A stretch of 63,053 nt of DNA, filler included, from Stramenopiles sp. TOSAG23-6 (GCA_900128565.1; 49 parts of 49 records of this genome joined end to end with filler, not necessarily neighbours in it), one strand, 5' to 3'. Counted from the first letter of the whole stretch, positions 11,280 through 24,899 are shown. Made by a program: numbers and translations. The notes: generated by a model from the letters alone, not told the origin.

Positions 11280-12046
11280 TTGAAAACACAAACAAACGTA
11301 TATTTATTTATATGTATTCACAAACAACACAGCAAACACGTTCGATGTTTACAAAAGTTCCTATCTAAAAACACATCCATCTCTTCTTCTATCTATCTCC
11401 TTTCTTGCTCTTCGCATTGTAAGTGTTTTGCATTTTGCATTTTGCNTTTTGCATTCAAAAACCACTCCCCTTTGTCCTCTGTGCGAATGGGATCTTTTTC
11501 TTCTTCTTTTCCCAATACTATTGCCATCTTATTTAATAGATCCAAATGTATACAATTTTCTAATAGAATAGTATCATACTTAAAGAATTTAATACTCTAC
11601 GACGTATTGTATTTAATTATGTAAACTTTGCTATCAAATATTAAATAGAAATATTTATCTTTTTCTAAAGTTTTTAAGGAGGCCTATACTGTGATTATGT
11701 AATTGAGTTTTTTTCATTGTATTGATATGTATTTATGTACATATATTTTAGGTTAAGGAATATATTGTAAAACTAAATTGTATCCTCAGCTTCGCCGTAC
11801 ATACTCATATTTTTCATTGAATTCAATGAAAACAAATCATAGATATAGTGGTACATTCAATGCACAAAGTGATAAAGATAATATGGTAGATAACAAAAAA
11901 GAAAACAAATTTGAAAAAAATCAAACATACATCATTCTCGGGAACANNNNNNNNNNNNNNNNNNNNNNNNNNNNNNNNNNNNNNNNNNNNTTAATTAATT
12001 AANNNNNNNNNNNNNNNNNNNNNNNNNNNNNNNNNNNNNNNNNNNN

Positions 12047-12438
12047 TTTCGATCATTTGCACATAAATAACAAAATCCTAACAGTAACTCTGGTTGAAAT
12101 GATACAACATCAAGAGGAAATGTTTTCTTTCTCCAGTTTATATGAGCTAGAAGCATCTTTGCAGCTTTATCCACATCAAGATTTTTCGCACGTAGGAAAC
12201 GTAGCAAAAAAGCTTTATCTGAAGATATTTCATGACAGAAAAACATTCCTTGAAGCCGTGCGAGTTTACGCGAATGTTCTGGCATGAGACGACGACCTGA
12301 AACAACTTCTGGTGCAGACATTTGCAATTTACTGACCATCTCAAAACCGACAGACCTGCTTTCGGCTAAAAAGCGTCTCTCGCTCCTCTGAAAGTCTTTT
12401 ATGACGCCAACTTCTCGTTTTTCGAGATAAAATTTCAT
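12047..12438 (-). CDS. CRAL-TRIO/Sec14-like protein N-terminus
   Basis: SDKAFLLRFLRAKNLDVDKAAKMLLAHINWRK. Confidence 0.85.
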
Positions 12439-12471
12439 TATTTCAAATTAGATTGACTGTATCATCACAAG

Positions 12472-13117
12472 GTGAAAATGGCAAAGGAGATGAAAAAGAA
12501 TAAGAATATAATCGCAATAGAAGATTTGAATGAAAGCGCAAACTTATGCAACAAGAATCATGATATATCTCTAGGATCAGTGGCGGTTTCACTCTCTAAT
12601 AAAATACAAAATTTGGAGAGAGAAAATTTTCTTGCAGATCTATTTGCGTCCCCACCTCGCACTTTGAAAAAAATGAACGATCATTCTTTATTTAACAAAA
12701 AATTTGAAAATAATGCCACGGAGTTGAGAATAAAGAGTTAGCGTCTCTACGAAGTAGAATAGACCACGATGTTATTCAATTGAGAGACATTATTTCCAAT
12801 ACAGAAGGAACCGAAAAAGAAAATAGTAGTAAAGTACAAAATTTGGAACGAGAAAATATAATTTTGAAACACGATTTAGAAAAACAAAAAAGAATAAATG
12901 CTGCATGTGCGCTAAGTTTGCAGAATGTTGAAAATATTTCAGAAAGTAAGTTGAAAAATTCTGTGGAAAAACAGGAATACTTCAAAAATTTCATGGAACG
13001 AGAAGAGCAAGCCGAAAGAGATGCTGTTGCCCAAAGAATTAAAAGGCATGTTGAAAATGGATTAGATGGAATTTTACAAATGAAGATAGAGCAAGCTCGA
13101 ATTCACGATCAAACACA
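12472..13117 (+). CDS. Coiled-coil hypothetical protein (interrupted)
   Basis: Two ORFs sharing a K.QNLEREN motif. Confidence 0.4.
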
Positions 13118-13743
13118 NNNNNNNNNNNNNNNNNNNNNNNNNNNNNNNNNNNNNNNNNNNNTTAATTAATTAANNNNNNNNNNNNNNNNNNNNNNNNNNN
13201 NNNNNNNNNNNNNNNNNGGAAGTGGTGGCTCACTTTGACGAATCCGTTTCGATGAACTCTCACCTGAACTTCCAGAAGAACAACTACGCTTTTTTTTGCG
13301 AAGATGTGGATTTTTGTAACCCTTCTTACCCATATGTAAAAAAGCCACACCGACAAGAGCGCTTTGTATTTTGTTGAATATCTAAACCTACTTTTGTTGT
13401 TTACACACAAACGTCGATACAAAAAATTTGTAAAGAAGAAACTTGTTTGAGTTTATACTCAGGAACTCGAATTGGAGAAAAAATATCTTTGTTCTTCTTG
13501 AAGGTCGCGCTCAATACGGATACCCGGTACTACGTATATCGGCTTGAAATTTTATCATGACTCGTCGTCTGACAATATAATAAGGCGAAGCATAAATATT
13601 AAATTGTTATCAAAAATTTAATATTGTTTACACCCTTGATTGTGTAAAGTTTTTGTTAAAGTAGCTATATAAAAGTTATAGAAGAAGCAAAAGCCTCTTT
13701 ATCATATCGTTTAAATTGTGAACTCCATTCAAAATATATTAAA

Positions 13744-14288
13744 ATGGCTCAAATCGTATCAGCCGCGTACTCCAGGTCCACAGAAGTCATGGTTGCTCAC
13801 ACAATTTCTGGCCACTCCCGTCCAATAGTGAGTAGCAACCTATTGAATGCTATGCGTCTTCCCACCCAACCTGGTGAGCGTTACTCGGTAGAGCTTCCAG
13901 ATTCCTTCACTGGATTCTTTTTCAGCGTTATGGCTGATCCAAAGGGTAATGGCAATTATTACTCTTGTATATCAAAAAGGGGCGATGCACGGAATTTGCG
14001 ATCAATTTATTCTTGAGATCAAGGATAAATGTAGCATTGGTTCTGATGATGTTGCTCGTGATATCCGATCTGCCATAAATAAATGGAATAAACCAGACGC
14101 AGATCAATTTGGTCGTGTTACGATGCAAATGGATGAGATTAAGTCAACAATGAAGGACGCCATGGACCAAGTTCTTCAAAGAGGTTCCAAGCTTGAAGAA
14201 ATTTTGGAGCAGTCAGAGCAAATTATGGAGTCTGCAAACGAGTTTAATGAAGGTGCAAAAAAAGCATCATGGAAAATGTGGTTGCGAT
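13744..14288 (+). CDS. Longin R-SNARE (VAMP7-like) with 1-nt frameshift near 13988
   Basis: QMDEIKSTMKDAMDQVLQRGSKLEEILEQSEQI..F..GAKK..WKMW synaptobrevin motif. Confidence 0.8.
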
Positions 14289-14464
14289 NNNNNNNNNNNN
14301 NNNNNNNNNNNNNNNNNNNNNNNNNNNNNNNNTTAATTAATTAANNNNNNNNNNNNNNNNNNNNNNNNNNNNNNNNNNNNNNNNNNNNTGCCACAAAAAA
14401 AATCGTTAGGTAGGGAATTTCGTATGAAAAAAAAAATAATTTAAAATTTATCATGAGAACGTGC

Positions 14465-14991
14465 ATATTATGTTTGTGCACATGTTTCAAAGACTCGAAA
14501 AGGCTCCGCATATAATTTTGAATTTCTTTCAAATCCATTGACTTGACGTAGCTACGAAAATTGTCGTGTTCAAAGTAAGGCAGAACAAGAATAGTTTTGC
14601 CCCCAATACGGTGAATATCAAGAAGCTCTATTACATTATTTTGGCCCTTTAGCTGGATTAAATGTTCAACTTCGTTAGATACTCGAGATGGGCTAGATGA
14701 AGCGTGGATAACTTTCAAGACTACGCTAGGACTAGTCGCAGAGACATCGAGAATATCTGAAGACGTGGAAGCTTTTGAAGTAGACTTGTTCCTTTCTATT
14801 CTAGTGGTATTGTTTAGAGTATCGTCAACTTTGTCCGGAGTCGAAACTATGCATTGTTCGGGAAGTATTTCGTCACCTACGCCAGCTCGCCGCGTAGCCT
14901 TATACACTACACTAAAGGTGCCGTATCCAATCTGTCGACCCCATTCATACCCTATTTTAAATACTTTATCGTTGCGTTTACTCGCATCCAT
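14465..14991 (-). CDS. CDC7: CDC7 kinase N-lobe, partial
   Basis: IGYGTFSVVYKA, VLKVIHASSSPSRVSNEV, VLPYFEHDNFR, YMRSLFESLKHVH. Confidence 0.85.
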
Positions 14992-15597
14992 TGAGAATTG
15001 ATTTGAGATGAATCTCAAAATGAAAAAAGAGAAAAAAAATAATAAAGCGTGCATTCGGCGGCATTCAAGTAGGAAACTGTTTTTCGTGTGTGCGTTGATG
15101 TTTGATGTTTGCAAATTGCATCGGTCATTCCAATAATTCCATCCATCATCATAATTTTTTTGGTATTTTTTTTTTTATGAATCTGAAATCTGAAATCATT
15201 CATTCTTAATCATTGGATTTAAGCAGTTTTCAATTAAAAATCATTTTGCTCTGCCTCCAAACTGGGCATTTTGAATGCTTTAGATTACAAAGTTCAAACT
15301 GTAGGTACAGAGTGAAAAAAATATATCATGGGGATTAGTACATCAGTGTACCAGGTAGATGTTCGAAGTTATAGTGAAGCTGATGAGTTGAATACAATGG
15401 CCGGAACCCTACTACAAAAACCGTACGGTAAAGTATTTAAAATAGGGTATGAATGGGGNNNNNNNNNNNNNNNNNNNNNNNNNNNNNNNNNNNNNNNNNN
15501 NNTTAATTAATTAANNNNNNNNNNNNNNNNNNNNNNNNNNNNNNNNNNNNNNNNNNNNATATGTATATATATATATATATATGAAAAGATGAAAACC

Positions 15598-16088
15598 TAC
15601 GTAAGTGACAACCTCTTCCCATTTGATATTTTTATCATAGCCAAGGCGGTAGGCTTCAATCAAGTCATCACCTGTTTTCTTATCTGCTCGTTCCAATGCA
15701 ACAGAATGAGATAGAATAAATGCGTTTTGTGCATACCAATTCATGTCAATCCATCGACCATATGCAATTTTCATATCCTTCAACTGTAGACCTTCATCGA
15801 CACACTGTATACCACTGACGGGGCATTTCAGGCAGACTTGAGTTGTGTTTACTTTATCCATATCATCCGTCATTTTCATTGCTGAACTCGTACGCCAAAG
15901 TACCCCTTTTTACAAAAACATTCTGATGCACCTTCGTGACTGCTGGAACCTGATGGACAAGCGAGACAAGATCCTCCTTTAAAATACGTTCCAGCAGCAC
16001 ATTGTTGACCACAATCCTCTTTGGTTGAGCCATAGACACCAGTCATCAATGTCAGTACAAAGCACAACCGATATGCAAGATGATGCAT
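15598..16088 (-). CDS. Secreted Cys-rich (GCC2/GCC3-like) protein, partial, frameshifted
   Basis: Signal peptide, CAAGTYF..CLACPSGSSS..CFCKKGYF. Confidence 0.6.
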
Positions 16089-16360
16089 TGTGGAACTGCC
16101 AAACTCCTTGGACTTGTTCTTGTGTTTTACAATGTAGTAGTACTACACGTACTAGCTAGAGTAAGAAAAAGTGTAACTGAAGAAGAAAACCCCCATCGCC
16201 GCGATCATTGACTTGCTGAAAAACGCCAGATTTCGTGCTGGTCAACTCGAGTGCATTTTTTTTACGAAACACTTTCTTCTTGACTTTCTGTGTTTTTGTT
16301 ACTTTGTAGACTTTGTTATTGCAGTTGTAAAAATATAACTTGTTATTATCAGCAGCTGAA

Positions 16361-16628
16361 ATGGCAAATTGGTTGCAAGACAATGATCATCTATTCAAAC
16401 ATTTATTCTCTGGCTTAACCGCGGGCGTGACGTCTACTGTATTGCTTTACCCTCTAGATCTTTTGAAGACTCGCTTTCAGGTACATGAAGGCACTACCAG
16501 AACTAGTGTTCCCAAGTATACATCGATGGTCGACGGTATAAAGGCGATGGTACGATCAGACGGACTGCGTGGTATGTATAGAGGAATGTCACCAGCTGTG
16601 CTTGGATCTGGTGTAGCCTGGGGATTTT
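16361..16628 (+). CDS. SLC25A32: Mitochondrial folate/FAD carrier, partial
   Basis: YPLDLLKTRFQV, GLRGMYRGMSPAVLGSGVAWG. Confidence 0.8.
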
Positions 16629-16728
16629 NNNNNNNNNNNNNNNNNNNNNNNNNNNNNNNNNNNNNNNNNNNNTTAATTAATTAANNNNNNNNNNNNNNNN
16701 NNNNNNNNNNNNNNNNNNNNNNNNNNNN

Positions 16729-17798
16729 GGTACCTCTCTGCTGAGCACGCATTTTCTCTCGGAACATTCGAAGCACGCGTTCTTCATCGTCATCAATGCT
16801 AGCCTCATTATCGCTATTATTCGTATCATCTTGAATGATTCCTAGTATACTATCCATTTTATTTAAATCCCTTTTTTCATCAATTCTTTCGATTGAATTA
16901 TCAAAACTAACTACATCTTTTATTTCATTTGTTTTTTCATTGTGTATTTCAGTTTCACTTTGGAGTATTGACCTCTGAAAAAGCTTTGGGTTTGATTCTT
17001 GAACATTTTTTTTTACTGAGGTATTATTACCTTTCTCTTCGTCAATATGTAAAAGGCTATATTTTGAAGGATTTGATATCCCATTACTCTTAGTATCATT
17101 AACTGGGTTAATGAATGACTTCGTAATGCTATTTTTAATATGCCGAAAGAAGCTGCTGCTGCATCCTGAGGGGTTTTTACATTCTCTTGCGATAGGTTTT
17201 TTTTTTCTTGGTTGTTGTTTACTGAATTAAATCGTTTGTCTTTATGATTTGTCTTATTTTGTATTATATATGATATTTTATGATCTGAAGATTCTTTAAT
17301 TTCCCCTTTGATTTTTCTCGTTGAAGTATGTTTTTTATTTGGTTTTGGATACTCTGACCTTTTTCTTCTAATATGAAATCTTGGATGTCGGTTTACCTTA
17401 TTTTCATGGTAAGGATTTGTCCCCTCATGAGTTGATGCATTACCTTTAGATGCAGACTTTTTTCTATTACTCTCTACGACTGCATTATTCTTTTTGGTCG
17501 TTTTATTATTTTTAGTAATCGCCGTTTCTGAAGTAGTAGCTTTTGCTTTTGCGGCAGCTTCTTTTAAGAATCGTTGCCTATTCCGATTGCCGCCACCATG
17601 TCCACCATCACGAAAAAATTTAACTTCACCAATTATCAAATCTCGCAATTCTTTACGGAGCAATTTTGATTCTTCAAATGATGAGTCTAAATCAACAAAT
17701 TCGCCATTGTAATCCGAAAAAAAATTTCGCATATCATCGAAATAAGGATGTTTTAAAGCTTCAGAAATTGTTAATCTATCTGCAGGTGAAAATACTAG
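16729..17798 (-). CDS. Hypothetical protein, partial
   Basis: 239-aa ORF plus further coding-like sequence. Confidence 0.4.
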
Positions 17799-18387
17799 NN
17801 NNNNNNNNNNNNNNNNNNNNNNNNNNNNNNNNNNNNNNNNNNTTAATTAATTAANNNNNNNNNNNNNNNNNNNNNNNNNNNNNNNNNNNNNNNNNNNNTT
17901 TTATTATTTAATTTTATTATTAATTATATACAGTATACTGTATTATTTTTTTACTTCTCTGTAAAAGCTAACTACTTATCGGCAATAAAAGGAAAAAATC
18001 AGAAAAAAGAAAAAAGAAAGAAGCCATTCAAAAATTGTAACTCCTCTTCTTCATTTGTTGATCATTCTTCATTTATTTTAATCGTCTTAAATCTGCTTAA
18101 AACTGGCGAAGGTGACTTTTGAAAACTCGTTTTCTACGAGTTAGAGTTTAAGAATAGGGTTAACGTTTTGAGCTGAGCTTTTTTGCTCGATTGGATCTTC
18201 CTTTTTGTAACTGTATTCTTCTCTCTCTTCTTCCCCGTCCGTCCTCCTTTCTATTATTATGTATTAACAACTATCAGGTTTTTTTATTATCTATCAAGTT
18301 ATAAAATGTACTGGGTTGTTTTACTATAATCATGACCCGCCATTCAAATTCTAACGGATCGTAAGCATCTTTGTGACCACTTCATGG

Positions 18388-18966
18388 TTACTGGGCTTTC
18401 TCGAACTGAGTCTGCATCTTTTGCGACATGAACGCCGCACCGCTGAAAATAAAAAGGACAACAAACGTCAAGATAATAATTGCAACCCCGCTTAACTTTC
18501 CACCACCGCTTACTTGCGCTTCTTTTTTGGCGATGTAGTCCGCATAATTAAACACGTAGCACCCTTTGTCCCCGGCAACTAAATCTTCGCAGGACACATC
18601 AGATCCAGGGCAGCGCTGTGCGAATTCTTCGCATGACGATCGGCATCACCGGCTGCTTTGTGCTACACATGGGAAAACTTATTCTGCACTGAAATTCTTT
18701 GTACTCTTTTTTACAGTTCCACGTGCCTGGCTGGTTGAAATATGACATTTGAATCAGCATCTCTTGACTATCTGTCCCCACGAGCCTCGCTTTCGCCACG
18801 TTCCAGTTCACCATTCCACAAAAGGTTGGCGTAAAATTTCCGCATTTCAAGAGCGCAGGGTCTTCCTGGGTCTCTATTAACGAGCCCCCCGGTACAGCCA
18901 GTGCAGTTGCACTCGCAACAAGGAATAACGCGACAAGTGCAGTCGAACACAACTCTCTTATCGGCT
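18388..18966 (-). CDS. Frizzled-like cysteine-rich type I membrane protein (frameshift near 18645)
   Basis: Signal peptide; C..FQCRISFPMC..CRSSCEEFAQRCP..SC; C-terminal TM. Confidence 0.6.
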
Positions 18967-19152
18967 NNNNNNNNNNNNNNNNNNNNNNNNNNNNNNNNNN
19001 NNNNNNNNNNTTAATTAATTAANNNNNNNNNNNNNNNNNNNNNNNNNNNNNNNNNNNNNNNNNNNNTTTTTCAATTTTGATTTTTTTTTCGTACGAAATT
19101 TTGTACCTAACAATTGTTTTTGATTTTTTTTGAAATATTTTCCAAAATACTT

Positions 19153-20037
19153 GCTGTTTCTCCAAATGCTTTCTTCCAAGTCAATACAAAAGCTGCTGAA
19201 CATTTACTTTCGATCGTCTGTGACTTTGCTATTGGAAGTGATACTAAAAATTCAAAACATTCAAAAAAATCAAAAATAATTCTTGATGTATGTTGTGGGA
19301 CTGGTGTCATGGGTATAGCTGTTGCAAAAAATGCTCCTGGTTCTCAAGTCGTTGGTCTCGAATTAGTTAAATCTGCTACAAAGGATGCTCTCAAAAATGC
19401 AAAATTAAACAATGTGGATAATTACTCGGTTGTCTGTGGTCGCGTAGAGGATACAATTAAAGAAACACTTACTAGTGATGCCAGCATGAAAGAAGAAGGA
19501 ATTGCAATTGTCGATCCACCTCGAGCTGGATTACACCGCAAAGCTCTAAATGCAATACGTAATTGTTCTGCAATTCGTCGAATTGTTTACATTAGTTGTA
19601 ATCCAGAATCTTTGATTCGTGATTTAGTCGCTCTTGGGGCACCGCAACAAAAGATGGAATTTTCATTGGGGAAACGTACTATTGATGATGTGATTCCGAT
19701 AGGTAAAGAGACATCAAAACGAATAAAACTTGATGATGGTGTTGAAACAAAGAAATGTGAAACAAACTGCAACTCCGTAGATCATGTAAAATCTATAGAT
19801 AGTGAAAATAAGGTTGCCCCTTTGCCTTTTGTACCTATAAAAGTTCAGCCTGTAGATATGTTTCCTCAAACACCTCATTGTGAAACTGTGGTCCTCTTAG
19901 AAAGATCAAGTGAACCATCTGCAAAGGCGTTTCTTGTTGGAGTGACAGGGCGGGATTATTGCTGGAAGTGTGGAGATCCAACGCATAGCAAACAAAAATG
20001 CCTTACAAGGGAACTTGCTAGACGTGGGGAATTGTGA
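19153..20037 (+). CDS. TRMT2A: tRNA (uracil-5)-methyltransferase with C-terminal CCHC knuckle
   Basis: SPNAFFQVN, LDVCCGTG, IVDPPRAG, VYISCN, VDMFPQTPHCE. Confidence 0.9.
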   Translation, partial: AVSPNAFFQVNTKAAEHLLSIVCDFAIGSDTKNSKHSKKSKIILDVCCGTGVMGIAVAKNAPGSQVVGLELVKSATKDALKNAKLNNVDNYSVVCGRVEDTIKETLTSDASMKEEGIAIVDPPRAGLHRKALNAIRNCSAIRRIVYISCNPESLIRDLVALGAPQQKMEFSLGKRTIDDVIPIGKETSKRIKLDDGVETKKCETNCNSVDHVKSIDSENKVAPLPFVPIKVQPVDMFPQTPHCETVVLLERSSEPSAKAFLVGVTGRDYCWKCGDPTHSKQKCLTRELARRGEL

Positions 20038-20318
20038 ACAAAACGTCGTATATATATATATATATTTATTGAATTTCTACAAAATATTTTATTGTGTGTT
20101 TTAGATATTTGATTGCATTGTCTTTTTTTTTAGNNNNNNNNNNNNNNNNNNNNNNNNNNNNNNNNNNNNNNNNNNNNTTAATTAATTAANNNNNNNNNNN
20201 NNNNNNNNNNNNNNNNNNNNNNNNNNNNNNNNNTTGATACACTACAAACAGTACAAACGAAGTGCGAATATAGACACTTTGTCAATTGTTGTCCTTTCGT
20301 ATATCTTTAGTGCAAAGA

Positions 20319-21274
20319 ATGAAAGGTGATAATGCAAATGGTGAAAGGTTCAAAGGGAAATCTAACTTTCGTCGAAAGGCACGCAATAATAACACTAGAG
20401 GTGATGATGTTGAGAGAAAACATAAGCCTCGTAAGGAGCATGTATCAAAAAAGAATTCTAATAGGAGACATCGTCGTGAAAAAGGTAATCCAAAAGACCG
20501 AAAAGAAAAGTCACAAAGTATTGGTCGAAATGTAGTTCCACAGGCAACACGTTCAACGTCCAAGACTTCTCATCGTTCTACTGCTGAAGAGGAATCTGCC
20601 AAAGCAAAGCTTTTATTGGAAGAACGTGAACAGAAACGAATATTTGAAGCAAAGAAAGCGGCTCGAATAGCTGAAGAACGTGAAGCACAGCGAGTTACTG
20701 ACGAAAAACTTCTTGCGCAAAGTGAGGCACAAAACTGGTCAAAACAACGTCTTGAACTTAATGCTATTCGCTCTTCCCTTCGATCATCCAATTTACCACA
20801 TGCAATTGATGCTTCAAGAGCTGAATTTTCTACAACGAAACGTCGATTAAAGAGTGATTTAAAAAAAAGTGCATCTCTGATAAATAAGGTGAAAGTTTTA
20901 TCCTCAGGTAATCTCGATGAAGTTTGTCTTGGATTTAAACAACTAAACATGTCTCGGTTTAATGAAGAATTAGTTGCTGCATTTATTGAGAGTAAAATGT
21001 CGGACACACCTGCTCTTGCTCGAGTTTGTTATGAAATTCATTTTAGATATCCTAATTTTTTAGACCGTTTAATAGAACAATTAACAATGATCTTGTCTTC
21101 ATCGACAGATGCAGAAGATGCAAAACATGAAAAAAATGTTTTAGTTTTACAATTTTTAGCTGAACTTCACGTATGTGGTTTTCCTATTACGACGAATGGT
21201 TATAACCCTGCATTGACTATTTGTTTGGACGCAATTCATTTTCAAAAAAAGTCTATTAAACCTTGGTCACCTTT
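20319..21274 (+). CDS. UPF2: Nonsense-mediated decay factor UPF2, first MIF4G domain
   Basis: LKSDLKKSASLINKVK, LNMSRFNEELVAAFIE, VCYEIHFRYPNF; ends at an element donor at 21275. Confidence 0.8.
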
Positions 21275-21529
21275 GTATGTTTTTTTCTTCTTTTTTTACA
21301 NNNNNNNNNNNNNNNNNNNNNNNNNNNNNNNNNNNNNNNNNNNNTTAATTAATTAANNNNNNNNNNNNNNNNNNNNNNNNNNNNNNNNNNNNNNNNNNNN
21401 ATGTATTATATATATATATATATATCTTTGTATATTTTTTATTATCAATTATTTTATGTAATCAATAACAATATATAATGGAAATGTTCTCTACATTGAA
21501 CCCTAATAATATATATAATCAAATTCTAT

Positions 21530-22452
21530 CTACACTGAATGTTGCCACGTAACGTAATGTCTTACAGAATTTTTGTCACTCGCATGATTGGCAGCCAAAT
21601 TCAACTTGGCATATGATAATGCACGATCATCCGAGTCAACAACAAGTCTTCTATGTATTGTATCACATTCGATAATTGAATGACCATTTAAGTGTATAAT
21701 TTCTTCATATGTATGAAAACACGAAATATTAATCCCATTTTGATATCCTTGATTAAATGTATTACAACGTGAATCTAAATTACGTTTTGGGTCGTTTAAG
21801 AGCTCCATTCGCCGACGATTTGTTTCTTCAACATCTGGTGTCAATATTACTTCAGATGTTCCATCTTCACGAAATAGCGTAGATGTTGTTGCTGTGATTT
21901 CAATTCTCATGGAATTGCGAGTATACATTGTCAGTTTTCTTGTGTTTTGGGAGTTTTGATTACCCTGACTATACATCATACCTTGTTTGACAAAAGTAAA
22001 TACTTCGTGTTTCATAGTAGTAACTGTCATTTCTTCAACATGAGAAAGGTCGTCTATTGGAATATTGAGTAAATCGGGTAATAAAATATACGATTTTGCA
22101 TTACCAGTTACGAGTGGTGTTGTACTACATATAATGTGAAATTTTGTTTTTTAGAAAAAAAACTGTTAGGTACGAAATTACGTACGAAAAAAAAACTGAA
22201 TTCGAAATTGAAAAAAAATAAAACATACCTCGTTTTGTAAGAAGACCATCGTCACCAATGTCAAAATCAGCACTTCCCACGAGAACAAGTTCATGTGGAA
22301 TATGAGGCCAGGCGTGTTCTGCAACAGTCCATAATTCATTTCCATTAGCCATGAATTGTCGTAATCCATATGTCGTGATAACGAGAGCTGTTACAGATAC
22401 AATGAGAAGGGCTAAGAATAAAACACAACATTTATGAAATAATTTCTGAAAG
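21530..22452 (-). CDS. Hypothetical type II membrane protein
   Basis: Open frame after removing element 22129-22228. Confidence 0.5.
22129..22228 (-). mobile_element. Element intron, AG|GT..AT, 100 nt
   Basis: CGA G|GTATGT..CACATTATAT|GT AGT joins two ORFs; a more distant in-frame AG exists. Confidence 0.65.
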
Positions 22453-22644
22453 ATATAGTGAAAAATTNNNNNNNNNNNNNNNNNNNNNNNNNNNNNNNNN
22501 NNNNNNNNNNNTTAATTAATTAANNNNNNNNNNNNNNNNNNNNNNNNNNNNNNNNNNNNNNNNNNNNTTTTTTGTCATTTTGTTTCTTTTTTTGGTCTAT
22601 GCAATTAGAATCTTTATATTTGCCAAAATTGCAAGTTCCATTAT

Positions 22645-22769
22645 GTATGTTTTCACAATTAATTTCAAATTTTTTTTTTTTGTTGAAACTAAAAAAAAAT
22701 TTTTGTACCTAACATTTTTTTTTTTTTTTTTTTTACCAAAAAAAAAAAAAATATTTTTCACAAATACAT
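22645..22769 (+). mobile_element. Element copy, GT-AT; host gene unclear
   Basis: AT|GTATGT..GTACCTAAC..CAAATACAT. Confidence 0.7.
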
Positions 22770-23245
22770 TGTGTTTGGGAATGAGAGATCTCACAAACAT
22801 CCTTCAAATCCTTCAACTGTGAAACAGATCAATTTTTCATTATATTTTTCAAGTTTACTTCCAATGTTTTTATTTAAAAAAAAAGAGGCTCAAAAGGATA
22901 TCCAAAAAAGTATGAAATTTACTATGAAAAAAAATATTTCAAAAAAAAAAAAAATTGAAAAAAAACAAAAATTTGTTTCAATTGTGCCATCAAGTCCTCC
23001 TGCACAATCTAGAACATACTTATAAGAAATACAATAGAATGAAACATTCCTTTTCTAATTTTTGATTTTTTGATGTTAAATCACAAAAAGTAATCATACT
23101 TTTTGTGTATTGTAATGGTCATTGTACATGTCAATTACAAAATACATGAAGGAACTAAAAAATTAAAAAATTAAAAAAAAAAATTTGACCAAAAAAAAAA
23201 AAAATCTGAAATAAAAATGTTTTATTTTGTTTTCAAGAAAAAAAT

Positions 23246-23568
23246 TTAAAGCAATTTTTGAATTGCTGTTACCATCTTTGAGCATTCTTTGGTATAATTC
23301 ACCTTTACACATCGAAATAATGTTGATCGGATTCGTTTAGCTCCATTGTATTCATGTATTGTGAAAAAATTCAAAAAAAATCTAAAAAAATTTGTTAGGT
23401 ACAAAATTTCGTATGAAAAAAAACCAAAAAAAAAAGTATTTTGAAATTCACAAAAACAACACACATCTTCTTTCAAACGCAGCCTCATCGTAAAATCCTT
23501 AAACAGCGCTGATTTCATTGTTGATTCATATAGATCTGCATTACTCTCCATTTGTTGTACAGTAATAT
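23246..23568 (-). CDS. RPA1: Replication protein A 70-kDa subunit C-terminus
   Basis: ALFKDFTMRLRLKED|EYNGAKRIRSTL..VNYTKEC. Confidence 0.75.
23354..23464 (-). mobile_element. Element intron, GT-AT, 111 nt, in-frame
   Basis: GAT|GTGTGT..CACAATACAT|GAA. Confidence 0.8.
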
Positions 23569-23733
23569 CTAAAAAATTTGAAATTGGTCAAAATCAAGAA
23601 ATACAAATTTTCATATTTTCACAAAAAAAAAAANNNNNNNNNNNNNNNNNNNNNNNNNNNNNNNNNNNNNNNNNNNNTTAATTAATTAANNNNNNNNNNN
23701 NNNNNNNNNNNNNNNNNNNNNNNNNNNNNNNNN

Positions 23734-24712
23734 TCGCTTCTGAGTTTAGCCGAAATATGTACGTTTTCAATTTCGAATTTCGATGTTTTTTTTCATAGTA
23801 AATTTTGTACCTAACAAATTTTTTTTTGAAAATATTTTCCAATAATATATGTGTACGATCAAATTCGTTTGGTATATCAAGTGGACCTTCGAAAGTGCGA
23901 TCTTTTGGATCTTCATTATATTATTTATTATTTGTAAAATTTCCTGAAGCTTTCCAACGTCAACATTTAGTTGGGCAATTGATTACTCATTCGGGATCTG
24001 CGAATTCTGCTGAAGTAGACGCATCCTTAAGTGTTCTTTCTGTTCTTTCGGAATATCAACCAAATGATCTTTTGCCTTTTGCTGTATTCATAAAAGGTAC
24101 TTTGGATTTTATGTTGGGATTCACACTGAAACAAACCAGAATTGTTTTTATGACAATATGTTCTCTTGCTGTACATGAATGCCATACTCTTGCAGCATCA
24201 GGTGATCAGCAATCAAATGGGGGAGATAATAGCAATCAGTCTTCGTCTGTATCATCCATTAACGCAGGTAAGGAAGCATTAGATGAAGTTCGAATTTTGT
24301 TAAGAAAACTCACTTCAAACAATAATAGTAAGTATAAGCAAGCAGGTATTATTGGTACAGTTACACTTCTCGTTTGTCTAGGAAAAGAATCTGGTTCGAA
24401 TTCATCTGGGGAGGATAAGAATACTCGTGATCATTCGGAAAATTCAGAAGATGATGGTGATTCGTGTGATGAGGAAGAGGAAGAGGATTGGACACATGTA
24501 CATTTTTATCATGAATTTTAAATTTATTTATTGGTACGAAATTTTGTACCTAAACAAAAAAGATTTTTGTTTTACTATTTATCCGTTTTCATCATGAATT
24601 AAAAATTTTCTTGTCTACTCCAAATTCTATGATTTTTCGTACCTAATGAATTCCAAACTGTACACATACTTTTTCACCAACTCATTCTATTGAAATGGAA
24701 AGTTTAATAAAT
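23734..24712 (+). CDS. FANCD2: Fanconi anaemia D2 protein, partial
   Basis: RQHLVGQLITHSGS..EVDASLSVL..FAVFIKGTLDF..ILLRKLTS..YKQAGIIG. Confidence 0.85.
23759..23850 (+). mobile_element. Element intron, GT-AT, 92 nt
   Basis: ATA T|GTACGT..AATAATATAT|GT GTA restores LAEICVRS. Confidence 0.8.
24498..24667 (+). mobile_element. Double-core element intron, GT-AT, 170 nt
   Basis: CAT|GTACAT..two GTACCTAA..TACACAT|ACT. Confidence 0.6.
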
Positions 24713-24899
24713 GTATGTTTTATTTTTTTTAAATTTTGAATGTTTTTTTCGTACGAAATTTTGTACCTAACGATTTTTTTTTTGAAATATTTTTCCAAAN
24801 NNNNNNNNNNNNNNNNNNNNNNNNNNNNNNNNNNNNNNNNNNNTTAATTAATTAANNNNNNNNNNNNNNNNNNNNNNNNNNNNNNNNNNNNNNNNNNNN

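Noticed and set aside
15429-15458. Second inverted CDC7 start (KVFKIGYEW) matching 14940-14969
   Set aside because: Only ~30 nt at a contig end; a divergent paralog cannot be separated from an MDA inversion.
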